The position numbers were made by a program, and so were the translations under genes. 64,000 nucleotides of DNA from Candidatus Nomurabacteria bacterium RIFCSPHIGHO2_01_FULL_41_71 (GTDB lineage: Bacteria; Patescibacteriota; Minisyncoccia; Phycocordibacterales; UBA9973), in assembly GCA_001785355.1 (NCBI GenBank), contig MFTQ01000004.1, positions 3,612-67,611 on the forward strand, read 5' to 3'. Position 1 is the stretch's first letter; each line of letters opens with the position of its first letter. A model generated the notes under the pieces. It did not search any database, was not told the DNA's origin, and worked only from the letters and a program-made list of their open reading frames with translations. Shown here piece after piece: positions 38,962 to 49,513 of the stretch.

Positions 38962-40011
38962 ATGCATCAACTTGCGCTATATCGCAAATACAGGCCGAAG
39001 AATTTCGACGATGTTCTGGGCCAAGATCATATCGTGAAAGTTCTGGAGAATGCGATAGAAACCAAAAAAGTTTCTCATGCTTATCTGTTCGTGGGTTCTC
39101 GCGGTACGGGTAAGACTTCCGTCGCCCGGATATTCGCGGGAAAAATAGGAGTCTCCGCCAATGATCTCTATGAGATAGATGCCGCCTCAAATCGCGGAAT
39201 TGAAGATATAAAAGAGCTTCGCGACGGGGTGCGAGTTCTCCCATTTGACTCTAAATATAAAGTTTACATTATCGACGAAGTGCATATGCTCTCTAAGGAT
39301 GCCTGGGGCGCTTTACTCAAGACTCTGGAGGAACCCCCAAAACATGTAATTTTCATTCTGGCTACTACCGAGCTGGAGAAAGTGCCGGAAACCATAGTTT
39401 CCCGTTGCCAAGTTTTTACTTTCAAAAAGGCGACTGGCGCTATTTGCCGGAAAATGCTGATTGATATCGGAAAGAAAGAGGGCTTCGAACTTGATGCCGG
39501 AAGCGCGGAATTAGTGGCAATACTGGGAGACGGATCTTTTCGGGACGCGCTCGGGGCCCTTCAGAAGATTCTGAATTTTTCAAAGGGAAATAAAATTAAA
39601 AAAGAAGATGCGGAGAAAATTACCGGCGCCCCAAAAACAACTTTGATAAATAATTTTTTGTCCGCCATTGCTGAAAAAAATTTGGAAAAAGGGATATCAG
39701 TCGTGCGTCAAGCTTCTATGGAAAATTTGGATATGAAATTATATCTTAAACTTATTATCCAAAAATTTCGCTTGGCTATAATTTTGCGATATGCACCAGA
39801 AATTGAAAGTGAAATGAAAGCGGACGTAAATGAATCCGATTTGGAATTTTTGAAAGAACTGATAAAAATAGACAAAGAAAGTATGATCCGCTCCCCGGCG
39901 CTCTCCATACTGCTTGAAGAATATCAGAATATCGATGACGCTTTTATCGCCGAACTCCCGCTCGAACTTGCGTTAGTGAGAATTTTGGAACAAAAAGGAA
40001 ATAAAACATAA
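38962..40011 (+). CDS. dnaX: DNA polymerase III gamma/tau subunit, short form (domains I-III)
   Basis: YRPKNFDDVLGQDH, GSRGTGKTS and IDEVHML. 349 aa. Confidence 0.85.
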   Translation: MHQLALYRKYRPKNFDDVLGQDHIVKVLENAIETKKVSHAYLFVGSRGTGKTSVARIFAGKIGVSANDLYEIDAASNRGIEDIKELRDGVRVLPFDSKYKVYIIDEVHMLSKDAWGALLKTLEEPPKHVIFILATTELEKVPETIVSRCQVFTFKKATGAICRKMLIDIGKKEGFELDAGSAELVAILGDGSFRDALGALQKILNFSKGNKIKKEDAEKITGAPKTTLINNFLSAIAEKNLEKGISVVRQASMENLDMKLYLKLIIQKFRLAIILRYAPEIESEMKADVNESDLEFLKELIKIDKESMIRSPALSILLEEYQNIDDAFIAELPLELALVRILEQKGNKT

Positions 40012-40097
40012 CATTGCATATTTTTATGCATATATATATATACTCCGATTTGAATGTAGATTCCGTGGCCCCAAAGAAGGCCACAAGGGGGATATAT

Positions 40098-40625
40098 ATG
40101 GATGAATTTTTTTCGCTTTTCGGCGTAGATTCAAACCAGGCTCTGCAGTTTTTTGAGGAATATCTCAAAGACGAGCTTGGTTCTGAATCAGGTTTAGTGG
40201 GTGTGGAAGAGAGGCTGTATGTTGCCTCTTTTTTTGCCCACTACACTCAGACGCCACGTGACGAGATGGACTCGTCCGTGGCGCCGTCGGGGAGTCCTCG
40301 AGAGCTCCTCGATAATTTTGTGCTCCCGGAGCTCACGGCCGAGGGAGCAAGGAGGGTCGGCAACCCCGGGACTTTGGAAGTCGCCGGGGCCCAGACCTTG
40401 GTGGTGGTTAGCTTTTTTAGTGACCACCTGGAAAAAAAAGCCAACCCGAGGTTTTATGAGAGCCTCGGGCAATCTTTTTTTAGTCGGGCTAGTTTAGCCA
40501 CGCCGAGCAGGAAGAAAGCTCTCCTGCTCTGGCAGGTGGCCCGGCATTTTCCCCTCTGGGCCAATACCGGCCGGAGGGTAAGCAGACGGCTCCGCGACGA
40601 GCCGTATTTGCTTAAAATTCCGTAG
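40098..40625 (+). CDS. hypothetical protein in a GC-rich (~55%) patch
   Basis: ATG 40098 is preceded by AAGGGGGA. The track ORF (40014) starts with an AT-rich leader. Several ORFs overlap on both strands in this patch. Confidence 0.4.
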   Translation: MDEFFSLFGVDSNQALQFFEEYLKDELGSESGLVGVEERLYVASFFAHYTQTPRDEMDSSVAPSGSPRELLDNFVLPELTAEGARRVGNPGTLEVAGAQTLVVVSFFSDHLEKKANPRFYESLGQSFFSRASLATPSRKKALLLWQVARHFPLWANTGRRVSRRLRDEPYLLKIP

Positions 40626-40632
40626 GGTCGCA

Positions 40633-40677
40633 GAGCCACGGTCCCGCACGCGGGACCGTGGCTCAAAATTTTTTTGA
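40633..40677. terminator. GC-rich hairpin GAGCCACGGTCCCGC/GCGGGACCGTGGCTC flanked by A- and T-runs (bidirectional)
   Basis: A 15-bp perfect inverted repeat, then AAAATTTTTTT. It lies at the convergent junction with the MazG-like gene. Confidence 0.55.
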
Positions 40678-41037
40678 GACTCCTGTTAAAATTTTCTTCA
40701 TATTGGGCTTAAAATAATTCTTGCCTTTTAACATTTTGTATTTACTATAATCTTTACTCATATGGGAAAGATGTACTTCTTTGAAAATTTCGTCTATGTC
40801 GTCTTGTAATCCATGTTCTAAAATTGTTCCGTATACTCCGTATAGTATATCAACTAATTCTTTTGCAATATTTTTCAAATCGCCATTTTTGGCCCCAAGC
40901 AGGTATTCCTCCACTTCTTCTTTCATTAACTCGTATCTAAGGTCTGACCTATTTTTTGGAATCAATGATGGTTTTTTGAGGACAGGGACTTTAAATTTTT
41001 TATGAAATTCTTTAACTAAATCTATTCTTTTAGTCAT
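40663..41037 (-). CDS. MazG-like nucleotide pyrophosphohydrolase family protein
   Basis: 124 aa. LRYELMKEEVEEYLLGAKNGDLKNIAKELVDILYGVYG is an all-alpha NTP-PPase EExxE pattern. Confidence 0.5.
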   Translation of the reverse strand: MTKRIDLVKEFHKKFKVPVLKKPSLIPKNRSDLRYELMKEEVEEYLLGAKNGDLKNIAKELVDILYGVYGTILEHGLQDDIDEIFKEVHLSHMSKDYSKYKMLKGKNYFKPNMKKILTGVSKKF

Positions 41038-41038
41038 T

Positions 41039-41629
41039 TTATTTTTCTACTGGTTTCAATAACTTTTTTAATTCTTCTATTTTTTTGGGTTGTAGTTTCG
41101 CTTCCAAAATCTTTATTTTTAACTCGTCTCCAAATTTATCATCATTTACAGCAAGGTCAATGAACTCATCAAAAGTTATAAATTTTAATTCAATCTTTTC
41201 TGCACCATCTAAATTCTGTTCTGCAATTTTTTTACATCCCTTAGCAATGAAAGTGTAAATAGCCCATTCAATTTTACTTACAGGCTGGATTGCATCAAAT
41301 AAAATCCATTCTTTTGCTTCATATCCTGTTTCTTCTAAAAGCTCTCGTTTGGCGGCTTGTAAAATATCTTCTCCCTCATCAACTCTTCCCCCGACCGTGC
41401 CTATGAATGGCGGTTTATGGGGTTGTTCTTGTAGGGCAACGATAATTTTGCCATTTTCTGTAACAGGAATAATCATTGTAGTATCGGGACGCTTTAATTT
41501 TTCAAAAATTTTTTTACTACCGTCATATCCTTCTACTTCCCATTGATATGTATCAAACATAATGCCCTTAAAAACAAGTTTTGCATTTTCTGGTAATGGT
41601 TGTTTAGATTTTGGGCGTTCTATTTTCAT
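41039..41629 (-). CDS. NUDIX hydrolase
   Basis: Nudix box GGRVDEGEDILQAAKRELLEETG. Confidence 0.8.
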   Translation of the reverse strand: MKIERPKSKQPLPENAKLVFKGIMFDTYQWEVEGYDGSKKIFEKLKRPDTTMIIPVTENGKIIVALQEQPHKPPFIGTVGGRVDEGEDILQAAKRELLEETGYEAKEWILFDAIQPVSKIEWAIYTFIAKGCKKIAEQNLDGAEKIELKFITFDEFIDLAVNDDKFGDELKIKILEAKLQPKKIEELKKLLKPVEK

Positions 41630-41654
41630 GTTTATAAATTTTTTACTTTCTTTG

Positions 41655-41725
41655 CTGGGAGACTTGGAATCGAACCAAGATTCACGGCTTCAAAGGCCGC
41701 TGTCCTACCGTTAGACGATCTCCCA
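41655..41725 (-). tRNA. tRNA-Gln (anticodon TTG)
   Basis: Minus-strand sequence TGGGAGATCGTCTAACGGTAGGACAGCGGCCTTTGAAGCCGT…CTTGGTTCGATTCCAAGTCTCCCAG. It has a 3-bp D-stem, as tRNA-Gln does. Confidence 0.7.
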
Positions 41726-41863
41726 ATGTCTCAAGAAAGATTATCATATTTTTAATAATTTTGGTATTTTTATTTGTAAGTCATGCTATAATGATTTCAT
41801 GCTGGAGAGTGAACTTAGAACGCGCATGCGGTCTTGTGACTTAATTAAGACATATTGTAGAAT

Positions 41864-43018
41864 ATGAATATGAAAAATTTATATAAAATATTACTGGCTG
41901 GAACGATGGCTTTAATCGCGATTCCGATGTTTGCTTTAGCGGCGGAATTTAAAGCGGGGGAGCAAGTTTCGCTTTCTTCCGAAACGCGCATAGAAGGTGA
42001 TTTATATATGGCTGGAGGGAATACAACCAGCGCCGGAGATGTCCGGGGCGATCTTTTTGTCGTCGGCGGATCAGTCTTGATTTCCGGACCGGTGGCTGGA
42101 GATGTGGCGACGGGAGGAGGCAATGTCACCATACTCGGCGATATTGCGGATGATCTCCGCGCTGGAGGCGGAACTATTGTCGTGCAAGGCCGAGTGCGGG
42201 GAGATGTTCTGATAGGTGGGGGGCAAATTAATCTTTTAGGTAAGCTAATAAGCGGGGATGCGGTGGTTGCGGGAGGTATGGTTAGAGTTGATTCAATAAT
42301 CGGAGGAGATCTAAAATTTATCGGCGGAGAAATATATTTGAATTCCTCGGTAGCTAAAAATGTAAATATTAAAGCTGACAAGGTAACCCTCGGCCCCAAG
42401 GCCGATATTGGAGGAGATTTCACTTATGAAGCAAAAGAGCTGGCTGTAATGGAAAAAGGAGCCGTTGTTCGAGGAGAAACAAATTTTAAAGAAAAAAACG
42501 TTAAGGACACAACTGAGGGTCAATTCCAAGCCAGACTTGTCGCTTTATTTACATTTTGGTTTATCGCTAAATTCCTGATGTTTTTAATCGCAGGACTTCT
42601 TCTTGGATTGATTTTCCGTCGATACAGCCGGGAATTGGTGGAGAAAGCCACGGCAAACCCCCTTCGTGAATTTGGTCGCGGAGTGATCGCTTTCATTGTC
42701 CTACCTGTTTTATCTTTAATTCTTCTTGCTACTGTGGTGGGTATTCCATTAGGAATTCTTGGAATTATATCTTTTCTGGCCTTAACTATCTTTGCCGTTA
42801 TCACCACACCCATATTCTTGGGATCAGTTATTTATAAATGGGTATCAAAAAATACGCACCATGAAATAAATTGGAAAACGATTCTTTTCGGCATTGTCGT
42901 GTATTTCATGCTTGGTTTTATTCCTATCCTCGGATGGATCGCCATATTTATTTCTATGATGATCACAATTGGCTCCGCGCTTAGTATTAAGTGGACCATT
43001 GTAAAAGAATGGAGATAA
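41864..43018 (+). CDS. secreted beta-helical (bactofilin-like repeat) protein with a C-terminal multi-TM domain
   Basis: Signal peptide, repeated GDV/GG-V-x-G units and four C-terminal TM helices. Confidence 0.45.
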   Translation: MNMKNLYKILLAGTMALIAIPMFALAAEFKAGEQVSLSSETRIEGDLYMAGGNTTSAGDVRGDLFVVGGSVLISGPVAGDVATGGGNVTILGDIADDLRAGGGTIVVQGRVRGDVLIGGGQINLLGKLISGDAVVAGGMVRVDSIIGGDLKFIGGEIYLNSSVAKNVNIKADKVTLGPKADIGGDFTYEAKELAVMEKGAVVRGETNFKEKNVKDTTEGQFQARLVALFTFWFIAKFLMFLIAGLLLGLIFRRYSRELVEKATANPLREFGRGVIAFIVLPVLSLILLATVVGIPLGILGIISFLALTIFAVITTPIFLGSVIYKWVSKNTHHEINWKTILFGIVVYFMLGFIPILGWIAIFISMMITIGSALSIKWTIVKEWR

Positions 43019-43027
43019 AATCCGGAA

Positions 43028-44608
43028 TTGATAAATTATATGATCGATAATTTGAAAAATCTTTGGATAAAATTAATTAAAAAAGTAAAAAATCAGCCAA
43101 AAAATAAAAAAATACTTTACGGATCAATCTTTTTGGTTCTGGTTTTTGCGAGTTATAAAATTTTCGCGAGAAACGACGGCGATGGCATAACCACAGAAAA
43201 AGTAATACGCGGAGATTTGGCGGAAACCGTCTTGGCGACAGGGCAAATAGTTTCTTCCGCGAATTTCGATCTGTCTTTTTATAAAAGCGGTACGGTCCGA
43301 AACGTTCGCGTTTCCGTGAGCGACAAGGTGAATGAAGGAGCAATATTGGCGACTCTTGATCAGGGTAAAGAACTTGCCGCTCTCACTTCCGCTCGAGGAG
43401 CGGAAGCCGCCGCCCGCGCAAAGTATCAGAAAATTTTAGACGGATCTTCTAGTGAAGAAATAATGCTCGCTGAAGTGGCGCTTTTAAACGCAAAAAATGA
43501 TTTTGAACGAGTTAAATCCCAGCAAGAAATTTTAACCCAAAATGCTTATAAAGATCTATTAAATTCTACTCCTGAAGCAAGGCCTACTTCTACTTCCAGT
43601 TCGGGGAACTATATTGCTCCCGTAATATCCGGTAATTATTCTAAAGATATAGAAGGCGATATTATTGTTTCCCTTTATCAGTCCGGCACTGGCCAGGCTT
43701 TTGGTTTAAGGGGATTAACGCAGGGCGAAGGTATAGTTGCTTCCATTACCGCTCAACCTTTGGGAGATTCCGGATTATATATCAGCTTCTCCGGAGTGGA
43801 TGTAAATAACGTAAAAGAATGGACTATCTCAATTCCGAATAAAAAAGCATCTGATTATCAAACAAACTGGAACGCGTACCAAGAAGCTTTAGAAACAAAA
43901 AATTTAGCTATAGGGAACGCTGAAGCGTTGATAAACCAAAGAAAAGCTGAATTATCCATTAAACAATCTTCAGCCACACCCGCCGATTTGGCGTTGGCAG
44001 AAGCCGATATTTTATCGGCAAGAGGACAATTGGAGAATGCCAGGGCTGATTTTGAATATACTATTATTCGAGCTCCGGTTGCGGGAACCATTACCAGAGT
44101 GGATATAAAACCGGGCGAACTGGCGCAATCCTCTAAAGCGGTAATTGCCCTGGAGGATGTGGATAATTTATTCATTGAAGTTCCTATTAACGAATCCGAT
44201 ATAACTTATCTGAAAGTCGGCCAAAACGCCGATATAACCTTTGACGCTTTTGGGGAAAGTCGAAAATTCACGGGAGTAGTCGCTCATATCGATCCGAGTG
44301 CCGTTACTGAAGACGGAATAGTAAATTATAAGATAAAAGTTTACTTGGGCGACCAGAACCCCGATATCCGCATAGGAATGAATACCAATGTTAAAATCCT
44401 GGCCGGAGAAGTAAAAAATGCGCTGATCATTCCGTTCGTGGCTATTTTTGAGCGAGAAGGAAAGTCATTCGCGCAAGTGTTTTCCGAAAGCGGAAAATTT
44501 GAAGAACGGGAAATAATAACCGGTTTTCGGGGAGAAAATAATATGGTAGAAATAATATCCGGACTTAGCCTGGGAGAGGAAGTAGCGCTTGAAAAAAATC
44601 CAAAATAA
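43028..44608 (+). CDS. efflux periplasmic adaptor (HlyD/MacA family)
   Basis: N-terminal TM, a coiled-coil and YTIIRAPVAGTITRVDIKPGE. Confidence 0.75.
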   Translation: MINYMIDNLKNLWIKLIKKVKNQPKNKKILYGSIFLVLVFASYKIFARNDGDGITTEKVIRGDLAETVLATGQIVSSANFDLSFYKSGTVRNVRVSVSDKVNEGAILATLDQGKELAALTSARGAEAAARAKYQKILDGSSSEEIMLAEVALLNAKNDFERVKSQQEILTQNAYKDLLNSTPEARPTSTSSSGNYIAPVISGNYSKDIEGDIIVSLYQSGTGQAFGLRGLTQGEGIVASITAQPLGDSGLYISFSGVDVNNVKEWTISIPNKKASDYQTNWNAYQEALETKNLAIGNAEALINQRKAELSIKQSSATPADLALAEADILSARGQLENARADFEYTIIRAPVAGTITRVDIKPGELAQSSKAVIALEDVDNLFIEVPINESDITYLKVGQNADITFDAFGESRKFTGVVAHIDPSAVTEDGIVNYKIKVYLGDQNPDIRIGMNTNVKILAGEVKNALIIPFVAIFEREGKSFAQVFSESGKFEEREIITGFRGENNMVEIISGLSLGEEVALEKNPK

Positions 44609-44610
44609 AA

Positions 44611-45888
44611 ATGGACAGAAAGGAAAAAACAGAGAATTCTTTTTCGCAGAATTTAAAAGTGGGCTGGTTTTTGGCCTCGCGCGATCTTCGACATGCCAAC
44701 ATATGGACTACCACCCTTATCGTCTTCGTAATGACACTTACATTTCTGAATCTGATCATCGTATCCGGGATTTTAATCGGTCTTATTCAGGGATCGGAAG
44801 ATGCCCAAAAAAAATACGCCATCGGAGATATCGTCATTTCGCCTTTCTTGAATCGCTCCGTCATCGAACAGACTCCGAAAATTTCCGAAATAATAAAAAC
44901 CGTTCCCGGTTATAAAAATCATACAATTAGATTTACCGGTGCAGCTCGAGTCGAATCAAACTACAGGGACACCATCAGACCCGGAGATAAGCGCGATGGC
45001 GTGGGCGCCGCGCTTTTGGGTATTTCTCCGGCGGGAGAAGAAAAATTTTCCGGTATTTCCAAATTCATAATACGGGGAAATTATCTGGAAGAAACCGATC
45101 AAGACAGCGTGCTTATAGGCAAAAATCTTCTTTACGAATTTACACCCATTGAAGCTCCCGGTTTTCAAACCTTAAAAAACATAGAAGTGGGCCAGAGGGT
45201 GAAAGTCAAAGCCGATAATATTTCGAAAGAATATTTCATTAAAGGAATAGTATCCAGCAAGGTTGATGAATTCGATACTTCCGTAATAGCGCTCGACAGC
45301 GAAGTAAGAAAACTAACCGGTCGATCTGATCTAAACGCGGGAACTATAGCCATTCAACTCTTGCCCGGATCCGATCCAATATTGGCCAGAAATTTTTTGC
45401 TTCGAAACGGGGTTGGTTCTTATGCCCGGGTGCAAACAGCCGAAGAAGCTTTCCCGAAATTTTTAAAAGATATTAAGGCCACTTTCGGTATTTTAGGATC
45501 CGCAATTTCCGGTATTGGATTAGTAGTGGCTTCGATTACTATTTTTATTGTGATTTTTGTAAATGCCATCACCAGACGCAGATACATAGGCATCCTGAAA
45601 GGTATAGGAATAAATCAAAAAGCCATATTATTTTCCTACATATATCAAGCGTTCTTTTATGCCGCCTTGGGAATAATTCTTGGCATGATTTTAATTTTCT
45701 TTTTAATCAAGCCGTATTTTGCCGTCCACCCGATAAATTTCCCTTTCTCGGACGGAATATTGGTGGCTACGGTTCCTTCCGCCATGCTTCGAGCTTGGAT
45801 TTTACTCGCTACCACCATCATCGCTGGATACATACCGGCGCGAATCGTAATCCGCCAAAATACTCTAAATGCCATTTTAGGCAGATAA
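44611..45888 (+). CDS. ABC transporter permease, FtsX/MacB-type
   Basis: An N-terminal TM, a large periplasmic domain and a C-terminal FtsX-like 3-TM module. Confidence 0.7.
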   Translation: MDRKEKTENSFSQNLKVGWFLASRDLRHANIWTTTLIVFVMTLTFLNLIIVSGILIGLIQGSEDAQKKYAIGDIVISPFLNRSVIEQTPKISEIIKTVPGYKNHTIRFTGAARVESNYRDTIRPGDKRDGVGAALLGISPAGEEKFSGISKFIIRGNYLEETDQDSVLIGKNLLYEFTPIEAPGFQTLKNIEVGQRVKVKADNISKEYFIKGIVSSKVDEFDTSVIALDSEVRKLTGRSDLNAGTIAIQLLPGSDPILARNFLLRNGVGSYARVQTAEEAFPKFLKDIKATFGILGSAISGIGLVVASITIFIVIFVNAITRRRYIGILKGIGINQKAILFSYIYQAFFYAALGIILGMILIFFLIKPYFAVHPINFPFSDGILVATVPSAMLRAWILLATTIIAGYIPARIVIRQNTLNAILGR

Positions 45889-45894
45889 AATTAT

Positions 45895-46572
45895 ATGCTT
45901 GAAATAAGAAATCTGACTAAAAAATTCAAAAGCGGAGACGAGACCATCGTAGCGGTCAATGACCTTTCTTTTTCGGTTCCAGCCGGGCAATTTCTTACTA
46001 TCACCGGCAAATCAGGTTCGGGTAAATCCACCCTGCTTTACCAGCTCGGCCTTTTGGATATGCCGACAGCGGGAGAAGTTATTATAAACGGACAAAATTT
46101 AGTGTCGCTTCCGGAAGAAGAACGCACAAAAATCAGATTAAACGACCTCGGATATATTTTTCAAGATTACGCCATTCTTCCGTCACTGACTGCTCTCGAA
46201 AATACGATGCTTCCCTTGCTTATGCAAGGGTATAATTTTAAGGGAGCGGAGCGGCAAGCGAAGAAAGCCCTTGCCAAAGTGGGGCTTACCGATCGGGAAA
46301 ACAATTTACCCGGCGAGCTTTCAGGCGGACAGCAACAGCGCGTATCAATAGCGCGCGCTATTGCTCATGACCCAAAAATAATTTTTGCCGATGAACCGAC
46401 AGCTAATCTTGATACCGAAACTTCCGGACAAGTCATGCAAGCGTTCCTCGAACTCAATAAAGAAGGACAAACTATCATTATGGTAACGCACGAAGCCCAA
46501 TACGCAAATCTTTCAGACCGGACTATTCTGCTTGTCGATGGACATATCGTAAGCGACACTATGAATAAATAA
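45895..46572 (+). CDS. ABC transporter ATP-binding protein
   Basis: GKSGSGKSTLL, LSGGQQQRVSIARA and FADEPT. Confidence 0.85.
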   Translation: MLEIRNLTKKFKSGDETIVAVNDLSFSVPAGQFLTITGKSGSGKSTLLYQLGLLDMPTAGEVIINGQNLVSLPEEERTKIRLNDLGYIFQDYAILPSLTALENTMLPLLMQGYNFKGAERQAKKALAKVGLTDRENNLPGELSGGQQQRVSIARAIAHDPKIIFADEPTANLDTETSGQVMQAFLELNKEGQTIIMVTHEAQYANLSDRTILLVDGHIVSDTMNK

Positions 46573-46621
46573 ATTAAATTCCAAATTGACTAAATTCTTT
46601 TTCTAAGTATAATTACAGATA

Positions 46622-48106
46622 ATGAATGAAAGATCCTCAAAATTTGCCCGATCGAAAAATCTGGGAGTGGGACTGACTTTTGATGATGTGCTTTTAGTGC
46701 CCGGCTATAGTGAGGTCTTGCCGAAAGAAGTGGAAACTAAAACCCTTCTGACAAAAAATATTTCCCTACATATACCTTTGATATCTGCCGCCATGGATAC
46801 GGTAACCGAAAGCGCGATGGCGATAGCTATTGCCGAAGAAGGAGGCATAGGTATCATTCATAAAAATCTCTCCTTGGCGGATCAGGCGAAGGAAGTGGAG
46901 AAAGTCAAACGCTATGAATCTGGACGCATTCTAAATCCTGTTACTCTTTTTGTCGGAGCAACGGTCGGAGACGCTTTTACCATACAGAAAAAATCCGGTT
47001 TCGGAGGATTTCCGGTCTTGGATAAAAAGGGTCTGCTGGTGGGTATTGTTACCAACCGCGACCTGCGTTTCCAAAAAAATGAATCTGCACCCATCGAGAA
47101 GATAATGACCACCAAATTAATTACCGGCGGACCCGACACTACCATAGAAGAAGCCAATAAGATTTTTAATAAATATGCCATAGAAAAACTTCCACTTGTC
47201 GACAAAAAAGGAAAACTTGCCGGAATGATTACTTATCGGGATATTGCAAAATCAAAAGAACATCCGAATGCCACCAAAGATCGTTTCGGCAGACTGAGGG
47301 TGGGAGCGGCAGTCGGAGTCGGCAGGGATGTGCTTGCGCAAGTGGAAATTTTAACAAAGAGCGAAGTAGACATAATCTGTGTGGATACGGCTCACGGACA
47401 TTCCAAGGGTGTGCTTGATGCGGTAAAGAAAATACGCGAAGCATATCCTAAACTTGATATTATCGCCGGAAATGTGGCAACAGGGGAAGCGGCTAAAGAT
47501 TTAATAAAAGCCGGAGCCAGCGCCATTAAGGTCGGAATCGGCCCCGGATCCATATGCACCACTCGCGTGGTTTCAGGCGTAGGCGTGCCCCAGCTCTCCG
47601 CCATACTTTCCGTTTATGAGATATGCAGAAAATATAATATTCCGGTTATTGCTGACGGAGGTATCAAGCATTCAGGAGATGTTGTCAAGGCTCTCTCTTT
47701 TGGGGCGGATGTAGTGATGGCTGGAAGTTTATTCGCCGGGACAGATGAGTCTCCAGGGGATACCATAGTTATGAATGACCAAAAATTTAAAAAGTATCGC
47801 GGTATGGGGTCGCTTGGAGCCATGCAACGCGGAAGCAAGGATAGATATTTTCAGGATGATCAATACGATCCAGCCAAGCTAGTGCCGGAGGGAGTCTCCG
47901 GCCATGTAGCCTACAAGGGAGCTCTTTCGGAAGTAATCCATCAATATATCGGAGGACTTCGAGCAGGCATGGGATATTTGGGCGCAAAAAATATTCTTAA
48001 ATTACGGAAAAGTTCATATTACACTATTACTTCGTCCGGACTTTCTGAAAGCCATATTCATGACATATTCATGGTAAGCCCAGCTCCTAACTACAAGAGA
48101 CGGTAG
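46622..48106 (+). CDS. guaB: IMP dehydrogenase
   Basis: A CBS pair and the catalytic [11 protein letters not shown]. Confidence 0.9.
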   Translation: MNERSSKFARSKNLGVGLTFDDVLLVPGYSEVLPKEVETKTLLTKNISLHIPLISAAMDTVTESAMAIAIAEEGGIGIIHKNLSLADQAKEVEKVKRYESGRILNPVTLFVGATVGDAFTIQKKSGFGGFPVLDKKGLLVGIVTNRDLRFQKNESAPIEKIMTTKLITGGPDTTIEEANKIFNKYAIEKLPLVDKKGKLAGMITYRDIAKSKEHPNATKDRFGRLRVGAAVGVGRDVLAQVEILTKSEVDIICVDTAHGHSKGVLDAVKKIREAYPKLDIIAGNVATGEAAKDLIKAGASAIKVGIGPGSICTTRVVSGVGVPQLSAILSVYEICRKYNIPVIADGGIKHSGDVVKALSFGADVVMAGSLFAGTDESPGDTIVMNDQKFKKYRGMGSLGAMQRGSKDRYFQDDQYDPAKLVPEGVSGHVAYKGALSEVIHQYIGGLRAGMGYLGAKNILKLRKSSYYTITSSGLSESHIHDIFMVSPAPNYKRR

Positions 48107-48119
48107 TTTCTTAATAAGA

Positions 48120-49508
48120 ATGAAAAAAAAGAAAAGATCAAAAATTACTCCGGTAATAGGTCTCCAGTGGGGAGATGAGGGCAAGGGCAAAGGTGTGGCG
48201 AGGATTGCTTCCAAGCTTTCAAAAAATGATTTAATAGTGAGATTTCAGGGTGGAAATAATGCCGGGCATACCATATGGCACAAAGGCAAACCCTATGTCT
48301 TCAAACTGATTCCTTCCGGGGTTTTTGGCAAAGCTCAAATACATTTAGGCGCCGGTATGGTTATTAATCCCGGAGCTCTGCTTCAAGAAACTAAAACTAT
48401 ACCGAAAAATATCTCCTTTTTAAATCGTATTTCTATTTCGCCACATGCTGTGCTGACCTTACCCACGCACATCCTACTTGATTCCGTTTCGGAACAAAAA
48501 AAAGGAAAGAAAAAAATAGGCTCGACTGGTAAAGGAATCTCGCCTTCTTATACCGATTTGATCATGCGGAAAGCGCTGAGAGTGGGGGATATTTTTCATA
48601 ATGATTTTAAGCAAAAATATGATAAACTTTCTTTGGAACATAAAAAAATGCTGAGTAAAATTTTTCAATATAAAGTAAAAAATAAAGAATTAAAAGAAAA
48701 TGAAGAAAAATTCTGGCATGGTATAAAATTTTTACGCAAACTCTCCGTTATAAATTCGGCTAAATTAACAGAGAGAACTTTAAAAAACGGTCGAAAAATA
48801 ATCGCGGAAGGAGCGCAGGGGACGTTGCTGGATCTCCGTTTCGGCAACTATCCATTCGTCACATCATCGCACACCATCGCCTCCGGTATAGGCACGGGAC
48901 TCGGTCTTGCGCCGTCCTCGATTGGTGGGTCTATCGGTATCTTTAAAGCTTATACCACGAAGGTGGGCGAAGGACCTTTCCCGACAGAGCTTGGTGGATT
49001 AAAATCAGCCGTTTGGTGCCGAGACAAAAATTTTAGCCATGAAAAAGAAAAATTTTACAATCTCGACCCGAACAGTAAAAACGAATTCGAGCAGGGTATA
49101 GCGCTTCGAAGGCTCGGCTTTGAAATCGGAGCAGTTACCGGCCGGTTACGAAGAACAGGCTGGCTCGATATTCCGCTTCTTAAATACGCCATAAATATCA
49201 ATAATGCCACCAAGCTGGTACTGACCAAGCTCGATGTTCTTAATGGATTTAAAATAATAAAAGTTTGCACGGGTTATATTATTAACAATAAAAAAACTGC
49301 GGAAATCCCATTTGATCTTTCCCGAGAAAATATAAAATGCGTTTATAAATCTTTCCCTGTTTGGAAAGGCAAGCTGTCTGATTACGGCGGGAAATTGCCG
49401 AAAGAGGCCCTTCGCTATGTCAAATTTTTAGAAAAAACGCTCCGCGCAGAAATAATTTATGTCGGAACGGGGGCAGAAGAACATCATGTAGTGGAGCGTT
49501 ATTGGTGA
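48120..49508 (+). CDS. purA: adenylosuccinate synthetase
   Basis: GLQWGDEGKGKGV and GTTGKGI. Confidence 0.9.
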   Translation: MKKKKRSKITPVIGLQWGDEGKGKGVARIASKLSKNDLIVRFQGGNNAGHTIWHKGKPYVFKLIPSGVFGKAQIHLGAGMVINPGALLQETKTIPKNISFLNRISISPHAVLTLPTHILLDSVSEQKKGKKKIGSTGKGISPSYTDLIMRKALRVGDIFHNDFKQKYDKLSLEHKKMLSKIFQYKVKNKELKENEEKFWHGIKFLRKLSVINSAKLTERTLKNGRKIIAEGAQGTLLDLRFGNYPFVTSSHTIASGIGTGLGLAPSSIGGSIGIFKAYTTKVGEGPFPTELGGLKSAVWCRDKNFSHEKEKFYNLDPNSKNEFEQGIALRRLGFEIGAVTGRLRRTGWLDIPLLKYAININNATKLVLTKLDVLNGFKIIKVCTGYIINNKKTAEIPFDLSRENIKCVYKSFPVWKGKLSDYGGKLPKEALRYVKFLEKTLRAEIIYVGTGAEEHHVVERYW

Positions 49509-49513
49509 TATTT

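Noticed and set aside
40200-40680. Possibility that the GC-rich patches encode RNase P RNA, tmRNA or SRP RNA
   Set aside because: None of the hallmark motifs were found. These are GGAAAGTCCGGGC and ACAGAAACCGGCTTA for RNase P, the GGTTCGATTCC T-arm with a tag ORF for tmRNA, and AGGUCCGGAAGGAAGCAGCC for SRP. Coding remains more likely, but this was checked only by eye.
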